Shown piece by piece: positions 56,000 to 64,000 of a stretch of 64,000 nucleotides of DNA (its first letter is position 1; every line of letters begins with the position of its first letter). Source of the stretch: Kiritimatiellia bacterium. Its GTDB lineage: Bacteria > Verrucomicrobiota > Kiritimatiellia > JAAZAB01. A program made the translations under genes and the position numbers. The DNA lies in NCBI GenBank assembly GCA_040767085.1, contig JAXGPF010000011.1, forward strand, positions 96,001 to 160,000, in the 5' to 3' direction. Under the pieces are notes generated by a model. The model searched no databases. It was not told the DNA's origin and worked only from the letters and a program-made list of their open reading frames with translations.

Positions 56000-56155
56000 T
56001 CAAAAGTCCCCCGACGGGCTTGTTCCACCTGCGGCGGACAAGCCCGTCGGAGACCTAGGTTATGCAAAACGCCATGTGTTGTTTAAAAATAACACCTTGT
56101 GTTTTTGCATAACCTTTCGTTCCTGCCACGCAAGGTGGCAGGGGACGACTTTTGA
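56000..56155. other. Highly structured intergenic element (MITE- or ncRNA-like)
   Basis: Closing stem tcaaaagtc/gacttttga with three internal hairpins. Confidence 0.5.
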
Positions 56156-56164
56156 TATTGAATC

Positions 56165-56767
56165 TTACGATAAAATTATTTCGCGCAACGGACGCTTGGG
56201 CACATGATGGCGGCCGGCGGCATCGCGCCAGTACTTGATCGCGCCGCGGCGCGCGGTCTCCAGGATCACCGTCTCCCGCGGCCGGCCGAGGGCAAGGGCC
56301 AGCAGGATTTCGTAACGCGCGGGGATGCCCAGAACGCGGCGCAAGCGGGGGCGTTCGATGGAACCGATCATGCAGCCGCCCAGCCCCGCGGCCGCGGTGC
56401 CCAGCATGATGCTCTGGGCGGCAATGCCGTGGTCGCAGCCGAAATCCTTGCGGATGGCGGTGTCGCCCAGAATGACGATATAGGCCGCCGGGCGTTCCCC
56501 CGGCGTCGGCCCGGGCCAGTCTTTAAAATACCCGGCCCAGGCCAGGCATGGGAAAATTTCGGCATTGCGGCGCGGCGCATTGACCGGGATGAATTTCAGC
56601 GGCTGCAGGTTGCCGCCGGAAGGCGACAGCCGGGCCAGCTCGATCAACCCGCGCAGGGTTGACATGGGAATCCGCTGCTTTTCGTAAAACCGCCGGAAAG
56701 TGCGGCTGCGCTCCACCAAGGACGCCACGGCTGGCAGCCGGGGAATTCCGGCGGCGGGAATTTTCAT
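56165..56767 (-). CDS. Nitroreductase family protein
   Basis: RSRTFRRF, SPSGGNLQP, DHGIAAQSI and HVPKR motifs. Confidence 0.9.
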   Translation of the reverse strand: MKIPAAGIPRLPAVASLVERSRTFRRFYEKQRIPMSTLRGLIELARLSPSGGNLQPLKFIPVNAPRRNAEIFPCLAWAGYFKDWPGPTPGERPAAYIVILGDTAIRKDFGCDHGIAAQSIMLGTAAAGLGGCMIGSIERPRLRRVLGIPARYEILLALALGRPRETVILETARRGAIKYWRDAAGRHHVPKRPLREIILS

Positions 56768-58131
56768 ATCTGCCAGGCCCCTTTTTTGGCGGAATCCCTG
56801 ATGACGGCGCAGGCGCGCGCCGGGCCGGTCTGCCGCAGGCGGTCGGCCAGCGGCTCATCCAGCGCCGGCAGCCGGCCGACGGATTGAAACAGGCGGTTGC
56901 GCGCGGCGGGCTTATTGCCGAATTCGGCGGCCGCCGCCGTGCCGTTGTACGGATAATTCGCATAGCCCGCCAGGATGGTATGCCCCACCATGATCGCCGC
57001 GCCGGCCAGGAACTGATCGGCGTAAGGCCGCAGCGCCTCCGCCGCCAGGTCGTCCACGAACGGCTGGCCCGCCTTGTTCATTTCCGTGCCGATCTGCACC
57101 GGCAGGTGCAGGCGGACGGCCAGCTTGACGATTTCGTCCAGCTTCTCCAGCTTGCGCGCGCGCGCCGCCGGGTCGGCAATTTTATGGTTGCGGTCGGGAA
57201 TGATGTTCAACGCGCAGACGCCTTTGGCGCACATGCATTCCAACATGGCCGCGGGATCGGCTTCGGCGGCGCTGCCGCCATCGAGCCAGGCGATCATGGG
57301 CAAGGCATCGCATTCGCGCACCCAGCGGATAAAGTCGTCCAAAGGCGGAAAAGTATGCGGGCCGGGCTGCTCGTAGCCGAGGCCGCCGGCCTTAACCAGC
57401 AGGGCCCGGATGAACTCCTCCATCGGCGCCTCGGCTGCGGCATGGCGGGCAATGACTTCGATGGGCTTCTTCGACAAGTCGGCCCAGAACCGGTGGTTGG
57501 CCGGCGCGGCGGGGAAGGCAGCTTCGGCCTTGCGGCGGTAGGCGCGCACGATGTGCCGTTCGGTGGGCGCGCCCGCCGGGGTCAATGGCAGAATTTCGGC
57601 GTCGTAATCCAGGGCAATCGCCGGCACGGCGGCGTTGATCCGGCTGACCAGCGCGCGGTTGCGCGCCTGTGCCTGCTCGCGGTACTGCTGCAGCACCACG
57701 CCCGGCGGCGAGCCCGGCGCCGGAAGGCGGACGAAGCCCGCGCCCATGATGTAAGCCACCCCGGGTTCGCCGGGCGAATTGATATCCGCTTCCGCGTATT
57801 CCGGGAAATATGCCCGGGTTTCGATGTTGACGGTTGCGCGCAGTTTCAATATCCGGCCGGCGGTCAAAAACTCGTCCAACCCATCCAGCACGTCGAAATC
57901 GCACAGCCCGGCGGCGAACAATCCCGCGCGCGCCGTATCCCAGGCCAGGTGCGCCGGGGAGCAGCCCAGGTTGTTGTATGAAAAAAACGAATGCATATGC
58001 ATGTTGGCCAGGGGCGCCTCGGCCGGCGGCCGCCAGCCCGGCCCCGCCGCCAGGCGCCGCAGGGTTTCCAACCGTTGCGCCTGGTCATACACATCCAATT
58101 CCGGTGCTTTGGAGTATGATTCTTTATTCAT
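56764..58131 (-). CDS. PHP-like metal-dependent hydrolase / hypothetical protein
   Basis: NMHMHSFFS and GLCDFD motifs. Confidence 0.6.
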   Translation of the reverse strand: MNKESYSKAPELDVYDQAQRLETLRRLAAGPGWRPPAEAPLANMHMHSFFSYNNLGCSPAHLAWDTARAGLFAAGLCDFDVLDGLDEFLTAGRILKLRATVNIETRAYFPEYAEADINSPGEPGVAYIMGAGFVRLPAPGSPPGVVLQQYREQAQARNRALVSRINAAVPAIALDYDAEILPLTPAGAPTERHIVRAYRRKAEAAFPAAPANHRFWADLSKKPIEVIARHAAAEAPMEEFIRALLVKAGGLGYEQPGPHTFPPLDDFIRWVRECDALPMIAWLDGGSAAEADPAAMLECMCAKGVCALNIIPDRNHKIADPAARARKLEKLDEIVKLAVRLHLPVQIGTEMNKAGQPFVDDLAAEALRPYADQFLAGAAIMVGHTILAGYANYPYNGTAAAAEFGNKPAARNRLFQSVGRLPALDEPLADRLRQTGPARACAVIRDSAKKGAWQI

Positions 58132-58420
58132 GGCGCCATTCTAAAGCTTCCGCCGTGAAAAATCCATGCTAAAATCCTGGCCCGGCAATCTGAAATTCTG
58201 GGGCGAACGTTACCGCCGGCATTTCGGCGGCCGGGTGATATCCCTGCCCTATCCGGCCGGCGTGGAGATGGTTGGCCGCGCGGCGGCCCGGGTGCGGAGA
58301 TGTCGGCTTGGTGCCGCCAGGCAACCGCCCGGCGAAACGATCCGGGGTCCGGCGGCGGCAAATAGAATGGACAAGCCGGAGCTTGGTTGCTATCTTTTCC
58401 GCACTCGAAAGGATAATCGC

Positions 58421-59563
58421 ATGGTCTCGTTAAAAACACTCCAACAACTGGTCCGGGAATACGGCACGCCGCTGTTCGTGGTGGACCATGACGAGCTGCG
58501 CCGGAATTACCTGACCTTCAAGAAATACCTGCCGCGCGTCCAGGCCTATTACGCCGTGAAGGCCAATCCCGACCCGGCCATCGTCAAGACGCTGTACCAG
58601 GCGGGCGCGAGCTTCGATGTCGCTTCCATGCCGGAATTCATGGTGGTGTACGAAAACATCAAAGACCTGCCCCCCAAGGAGCGGCAGGATTGGATTTGGG
58701 ACAAGATCATCTACGCCAACCCGATTAAAGCCGAGGAAACCCTGCGGGAACTCAACCAGTACAAGGCGCTGGTAACCTATGACAACACCGAGGAAATCGC
58801 CAAGATCCGGCAATTCGCGCCCCAGGCCGGCCTGGTGCTCCGCCTGAAGGTTCCCAACACCGGCGCGATGGTGGAGTTATCTTCAAAATTCGGCGCGGCG
58901 CCAGGCGCGGCGGTGGATTTGATCCTGGAGGCCGACCGGGCGGGCTTGACGGTGGAAGGCTTGAGCTTCCATGTCGGCAGCCAGACCACGAATTTCGAAA
59001 ATTACGTGCAGGCAATCAACCTGGCCGCGGGCGTGTTCGAAGAAGCCCGCGCGCGCGGCTATACCAAGATGTTCCTGCTGGATATCGGCGGCGGCTTCCC
59101 GGCGCCTTACGATGCCACGGTCAAACCTTTCCGCGAGCTGGCCAGGAAAATCAACGCCGAGTTGGACCGGCTGTTTCCGAAGGAAATCCAGATCCTGGCG
59201 GAGCCCGGCCGGTTCATGGTGGCGACCGCCGGCACGGTCATCGCCAAGATCATCGGCAAGGCCGTCCGGGACGACAAGCTCTGTTATTACATGAACGACG
59301 GCGTCTATCACACCTTCTCGGGGATCATCTTCGATCACTGCCGCTATCGCCTGCAGGCGTTCAAGCGGGGGACGAAACAGATTTGCACCGTGTTCGGCCC
59401 GACCTGCGACGCGCTGGACGTGGTTTCCATGGCCGAGGAGTTGCCCGGCAACCTGGCGCGCGGCGACCTGCTCTACAGCCGGAATATCGGCGCCTACAGC
59501 GTAGCGTCATCCACGCCGTTCAACGGCTTCCCGCCCGCGCGGATCGTGCACGTCAATCAGTAA
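58421..59563 (+). CDS. Fold-type III PLP ornithine/lysine decarboxylase
   Basis: YAVKAN, SFHVGSQ, DIGGGF, EPGRF and GPTCD motifs. Confidence 0.92.
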   Translation: MVSLKTLQQLVREYGTPLFVVDHDELRRNYLTFKKYLPRVQAYYAVKANPDPAIVKTLYQAGASFDVASMPEFMVVYENIKDLPPKERQDWIWDKIIYANPIKAEETLRELNQYKALVTYDNTEEIAKIRQFAPQAGLVLRLKVPNTGAMVELSSKFGAAPGAAVDLILEADRAGLTVEGLSFHVGSQTTNFENYVQAINLAAGVFEEARARGYTKMFLLDIGGGFPAPYDATVKPFRELARKINAELDRLFPKEIQILAEPGRFMVATAGTVIAKIIGKAVRDDKLCYYMNDGVYHTFSGIIFDHCRYRLQAFKRGTKQICTVFGPTCDALDVVSMAEELPGNLARGDLLYSRNIGAYSVASSTPFNGFPPARIVHVNQ

Positions 59564-59661
59564 ACCAGCCTGGCCACTGGGCGTATCCGGAATCCGCTCT
59601 GCTGTAGTGGCCGAACTGTGTTCGGCTTCCGGAATCTGCTCTCCTGTAGCGGCCGCGCCGC

Positions 59662-61032
59662 CTACCGTGCAGACTTCCGCGGGCGGGACGCAGTCCGCGG
59701 CCGGGACGCCAAGGCAATCATCGGGTTGGCCGCGGAAACCGTCACCGTGGCGGTGGACCTGGCCAACTCTTCCTCCAGTGAGCCGACAGCGCCGTCGAAC
59801 GAATCCTTGCCGCCCGGCGCGATTTCCTTGATCTCCGTCGGCAAGCCGATCTGGTCCAGCAAGGCGATGAACGGCTCGGGATCGAGTTCCTCGACGTTCA
59901 CCATGGTCCGCGGATTCCAGACGCCCCGGGCCGCCAGCAGGGCGGCGGCCACCGGCGGCACCCCGGCGGTATAGCTGATGCCCTGGGATTCAACCTCCTC
60001 GTAGCATTGCTTATGGTCGGAGACCTGGTAAATCAAGACCTCGCGCGGCCGGCCGTCTTTCCAGCCCTTGACGAAATTGCCGATGCAGGTCTTGCCGGTG
60101 TAGTTCGGCGCCAGCGTCTGCGGATCGGGCAGCAGCGCCTTGACCACCTTCAGCGGCACCACCTGCTGCCCGGTGGTCAGGGTCACCGGCAGATGCGAGA
60201 GGAACCCGAGCGTGCGCAGCACGGTGAAAACATTGATGTAATGGTCGCCGAATCCCATCCAGAACCGGATACTGTTGGCGTCGATATTCCGCGAAAGCGA
60301 ATGCAACTCGTCATGGCCGTTCAGGTAGATCGGCTGGGCGCCGACCACCGGGAAATCGTAAATACGCTTCACGGAATGGGTGGGATATTCCCGCCACTGG
60401 CGGTCAATCCAGGTCCAGACCTTGACAAACTCGCGGAAATTGATTTCCGGATCGAAATTCGTTGCGAAATACTTGCCATGCCGGCCGGCATTGACATCCA
60501 TGATGTCAATCGTATCAATCTTGTCGAAATAGCGCTTCGCTGCCAGCGCGCAGTAGGCGTTGACCACGCCCGGATCGAATCCTGTCCCCAGGATGGCCGA
60601 CAGGCCTTTCTCCCGGCAGCGGCCGCGGCGTTTCCACTCGTAGTTGGCGTACCAGGGCGGATTCTCGCAGACTTTGTCCGGCTCCTCATGGATAGCGGTA
60701 TCCAGGTAAACCGCGCCGGTTTCCAGGCAGGCTTCCAGGACCGACATGTTGATGAACGCGCTGCCCAGGTTGATGACAATCCCGGTCTTGGTTTCCTGGA
60801 TCAGGCGGACGGCCGCGGGCACGTCCAGGGCGTCGAGTGTTCGGGAATACAGTTTCCGGGCCGGATCCTGCACATGGCCCTTGCGCCGGACGCTCTCAAT
60901 GATGGCGTCGCATTTGGCCTGGGTGCGCGATGCCAGGCAGATATCCCCGAGCTCGGCATTGTGCATGGCCGCCTTGTGAGCCGCCACATGCGCCACCCCG
61001 CCGGCGCCGATGATCATGACATTGGGTTGCAT
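59662..61032 (-). CDS. Carboxy(nor)spermidine dehydrogenase (saccharopine dehydrogenase family)
   Basis: GAGGVA, GFDPG, FATNFDPEIN and ISYTAGVP motifs; adjacent to nspC. Confidence 0.9.
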   Translation of the reverse strand: MQPNVMIIGAGGVAHVAAHKAAMHNAELGDICLASRTQAKCDAIIESVRRKGHVQDPARKLYSRTLDALDVPAAVRLIQETKTGIVINLGSAFINMSVLEACLETGAVYLDTAIHEEPDKVCENPPWYANYEWKRRGRCREKGLSAILGTGFDPGVVNAYCALAAKRYFDKIDTIDIMDVNAGRHGKYFATNFDPEINFREFVKVWTWIDRQWREYPTHSVKRIYDFPVVGAQPIYLNGHDELHSLSRNIDANSIRFWMGFGDHYINVFTVLRTLGFLSHLPVTLTTGQQVVPLKVVKALLPDPQTLAPNYTGKTCIGNFVKGWKDGRPREVLIYQVSDHKQCYEEVESQGISYTAGVPPVAAALLAARGVWNPRTMVNVEELDPEPFIALLDQIGLPTEIKEIAPGGKDSFDGAVGSLEEELARSTATVTVSAANPMIALASRPRTASRPRKSAR

Positions 61033-61044
61033 AGCTTTTCCTCC

Positions 61045-62160
61045 TCATCCTAGACTGGCAAGATAATCTTCGTAGTTGAAAGCCCGCACCCGGACCAGCC
61101 GGCCGTCCAGCCGCCGGACGCAGATGGCCGGCATCGGCAGTCCGTTGAACCAGTTTTTCTTGACCATGGTGTAACCGGCGGCATCGGCCACGCGGACCAG
61201 GTCCCCCGGCCGCAGCCGGCGGTCAAGCCGGAATTCGCCGAAGACATCGCCGGCCAGGCAGGAGCGGCCGGCAATCAGGCAGCGGTGCCGGCCGGGGCCG
61301 GGCCAGGCCAGTCTGGGGCTGAGCCGGTAAATCAGCAAATCCAGCATATGCGCTTCCGTCGAAGCGTCAATGATGGCAATCTCCTTCCGATTGCGCACGA
61401 CATCCAGCACGGTGGCTACCAGTTCCGCGCCGCCGGTGATTGCCGCCTCGCCTGGCTCCAGGTACACCTGCACGCCGAATGCGCGGCTGAAATCTTTCAG
61501 CCTGGCGCAGAATTGGTCCAGCGGATAGCCGGCCTTGGTGAATGCCAGCCCGCCGCCCAGGCTGACCCAGCTCATTTTTTTCAGGAGCGCGCCGTATTGG
61601 CGGCCAATCAGGTCCAACGCCGCCGAGAAATTTTTAAAATCGTCATTCTCGCAGTTGAAATGGAACATCAGGCCGGCCAGGCGTGGCGCCGCCCGGGCGA
61701 GCGCCCGGCGGTCTGCCACCCCCAGCCGCGAATACCGGCGCGCAGGGTCGGCCAGATCGTAATGCGAATAACTGATGCCGGGATTCACCCGCAACCCCAC
61801 CGGCAGATGCCGGACCGCGGCATAATGCTCGTCCAGTTGGGAGACCGAGTTGAAAATGACTTTATCGGCGTATTTGCGGACTTCCCGGATTTCGGCCCTG
61901 GAAAATCCGACGCTGAAAGCGTGCGTCTCGCCGCCGAATTTTTCCCGGCCCAGCCGGGCTTCGTACAGCGAGCTGCTGGTCGTGCCGTCCATGTAGCGGC
62001 GCATCAGCCCAAAGACCGGCCAGGCGGCGAAACATTTCAACGCCAGAACGAATTTAGCGCCGGACGCCGCGCGCGCGCGTTCGATCAGGCGCATATTGCG
62101 CAGCAGCCGCCGCTCGTCAATCAGGTAATACGGCGTCGGGAATTTGCGGTAATCGTTCAT
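61045..62160 (-). CDS. nspC: Carboxynorspermidine decarboxylase
   Basis: LALKCF, SSLYEA, LRVNP, SCLAGD and YTMVKKNWFNG motifs. Confidence 0.93.
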   Translation of the reverse strand: MNDYRKFPTPYYLIDERRLLRNMRLIERARAASGAKFVLALKCFAAWPVFGLMRRYMDGTTSSSLYEARLGREKFGGETHAFSVGFSRAEIREVRKYADKVIFNSVSQLDEHYAAVRHLPVGLRVNPGISYSHYDLADPARRYSRLGVADRRALARAAPRLAGLMFHFNCENDDFKNFSAALDLIGRQYGALLKKMSWVSLGGGLAFTKAGYPLDQFCARLKDFSRAFGVQVYLEPGEAAITGGAELVATVLDVVRNRKEIAIIDASTEAHMLDLLIYRLSPRLAWPGPGRHRCLIAGRSCLAGDVFGEFRLDRRLRPGDLVRVADAAGYTMVKKNWFNGLPMPAICVRRLDGRLVRVRAFNYEDYLASLG

Positions 62161-62229
62161 GCGGATTGAAAATTTGTGTCCAACTATCGCATAACGCGAT
62201 GGAAAACACAATCAAAACCCGCCCGCCGC

Positions 62230-62518
62230 TGTATCGCCGCACGGTGTGCGGCATTCCGTTCCGCCCTGTAGCGCCGCACGGTGTGCGGCGTTCCGCTCCG
62301 CCCCTGTAGCGCCGCACTGTGTGCGGCGTTCCGCTCCGCCCCTGTAGCGCCGCACGGTGTGCGGCATTCTCGCTCTGCCCTGTAGTGCCGCACTGTGTGC
62401 GGCATTCTCGCTCCGCCCTGTATCGCCGCACGGTGTGCGGCATTCCGTTCCACCCTGTAGTGCCGCACGGTGTGCGGCGTTCCGTTCCACCCTGTAGTGC
62501 CGCACGGTGTGCGGCTTT
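62230..62518 (+). repeat. Tandem array of 8 GTAG-type REP units (37-38 bp)
   Basis: tgta(g/t)(c/t)gccgcac(g/t)gtgtgcggc palindrome plus near-identical linkers. Confidence 0.9.
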
Positions 62519-62917
62519 CCGCTACTGCTCGGCCGCATACTGTTGACTTATCGATAATATTATTCAACTCAGAAGGATTGAGCCAATATTGAAAGGAATC
62601 CGCGATTCCTGAGACTATTTGTATGGCAAACAAAGGCATTGCCAACAATATTACTTTATACCAGTTTGGACTCATCATGTATTTCCTTACAAATAATAAT
62701 GTCCACTTTACATCGCTCTGCGTATCCCCAGGTACCCAGCCGGGCCGACTCCAGGTTTTGTAGCATGCTCGCACAATTCGCCGACGTCACCAGCCAATAC
62801 TTCCCCTGAAACAGGCAATGATTTATATATCGGTATTTTAACAAATGGCCGCATTCCATGCCGCGCGTTGCGGAGATTTAGGTCAGTTAGCAGATATATC
62901 AATGACCCTTCCCCCCG

Positions 62918-63298
62918 CTAGACTCCCTCCCCGTTCAGTGCGTGCCCAAGAAAGCATAGTAAGATAATAGACATAACAACCAGAACTCTGTGAATAATCG
63001 CTATAGACAAAAGCGGAAATGTAAATAATGGGGACAGGATTATAACTAACGCTGTGACAATAAGCCATATTCCACGGATTCGCGATCCTTTTTCACGCTT
63101 TGGTAATTCTCTATAACGATTAACCAATTCAAATACAGCCCATGAAAACATAATTATACCGGCGCAGATAGCCTGCCATCCTTGAACCCTAATCCAAATC
63201 GACGCAGACGTCTGTCCATATCTGATTGCAGCAACGCCGACATATCCCATTAGCAGGCATGCACAGGTAAACCAAACAGATGTATTTTGATCTTTCAC
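62918..63298 (-). CDS. Low-GC membrane protein, candidate RHS immunity protein
   Basis: 10 bp downstream of RHS stop; about 4 TM segments. Confidence 0.6.
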   Translation of the reverse strand: MKDQNTSVWFTCACLLMGYVGVAAIRYGQTSASIWIRVQGWQAICAGIIMFSWAVFELVNRYRELPKREKGSRIRGIWLIVTALVIILSPLFTFPLLSIAIIHRVLVVMSIILLCFLGHALNGEGV

Positions 63299-63308
63299 TT
63301 TGGAATCG

Positions 63309-64000
63309 CTAATTGACTGTATTGTTTATCTGGCGCAAGATTTCACTCAACGCCGTGCCGAAACTCCCCCATCCTGTAGATGGCCCAGGTGTCACTGCCG
63401 CCGCGCCAATCTCTACTGATATTAGCACCTGCACTGGGTGAGTAAGCACATATAAGCTGCCTGCGTAGATCGTAACCACTCCTTCCCCCCCTGCGCCAAT
63501 AATCGCAATCGGCGCGGCCTGTATTTCTGGAGTTGGCCCCCATATTGGATCGTGTGGTGGAGAAGGCGGCCCCCGCAGCGGAGGTGTCTCAAAGGCTTGA
63601 GACCCTTTTCCCTGAGTAAGAATTAGTGAAGGCCGCCAAGGACGAGGATCGGTTCTAATTGGAGGGAAAATGGGCCCTGGCGATGTTACAATACCGTGTG
63701 GCATATTTTGATACCAGCACCAAGAACCCCAAGTGTCCTGGCACAGCCCTATGGGATCGCGGCTATTGACCGGATTATTGTTGCAGAACACATACTGATT
63801 CACCCCGCCGGAAATCCCGATCGGGTCATTGCTTAACCACCGACCAGTCAGCGGATCATACCATCTTGCCCGGAAATAATACAACCCGGTATTCCATGAA
63901 TATTCCCGACCTTGCCAGAGGAAGCGGTTGCCCACACTGGACACCTTCATCACCCCGCCCGTGGAATCAAACACGCCCAAGACGTTGCCGAACGCATCGT
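63309..64000 (-). CDS. RHS repeat-associated core protein, 3' end with variable toxin tip
   Basis: WQGREY..TGLYYFRARWYDP.TGRWLS.DPIG...NPVNSRDPIGL; starts beyond the window. Confidence 0.92.
   Translation of the reverse strand, partial: DAFGNVLGVFDSTGGVMKVSSVGNRFLWQGREYSWNTGLYYFRARWYDPLTGRWLSNDPIGISGGVNQYVFCNNNPVNSRDPIGLCQDTWGSWCWYQNMPHGIVTSPGPIFPPIRTDPRPWRPSLILTQGKGSQAFETPPLRGPPSPPHDPIWGPTPEIQAAPIAIIGAGGEGVVTIYAGSLYVLTHPVQVLISVEIGAAAVTPGPSTGWGSFGTALSEILRQINNTVN

Noticed and set aside
58140-58420. Riboswitch or N-terminal extension upstream of the decarboxylase
   Set aside because: No recognisable motif; family similarity begins at ATG 58421.
62230-62518. CRISPR array
   Set aside because: Linkers are only about 14 bp and nearly identical rather than unique spacers; no cas genes; units begin with the REP-type GTAG tag.
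62117-62774. ORFs reading through the REP array
   Set aside because: Repetitive translations in several frames; an artefact of a stop-poor repeat.

Overview
High-GC bacterial DNA. The gene content suggests a PVC-superphylum host such as Kiritimatiellae/Lentisphaerae, but this is inference only. (1) 1-13068 is a minus-strand Mu-like transposable prophage segment: truncated MuA, MuB, Gam, early genes, a MuF-ADP-ribosyltransferase toxin with a candidate immunity gene, head genes and a sipho-type tail region with a G/GT frameshift. No terminase, portal or lysis genes are present at their usual position. (2) 13069-15698 holds three nested, partly diverged tandem copies of a locus encoding a membrane-anchored winged-HTH protein, directly followed by 15 CGTTTC(A) repeats in helical phase (about 10.6 bp period). 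This is my best candidate for an undescribed system. (3) A BrnT/BrnA-like TA remnant, a CNT nucleoside transporter, and a 3.7 kb transposon (DDE transposase, ExeA-type ATPase, Zn-finger ORF, TPR passenger) that splits a flavin reductase gene. (4) Host genes: serine hydrolase, an AraC plus beta-propeller locus, CsgG, purL, glycogen debranching enzyme, hybrid kinase, riboflavin synthase, a ddl-ddl-GNAT-kamA operon, and polyamine genes. (5) A REP array and the end of an RHS toxin locus. Several GTAG-type REP families occur throughout, some in frame inside phage genes. All calls come from reading the sequence; no database searches were run.
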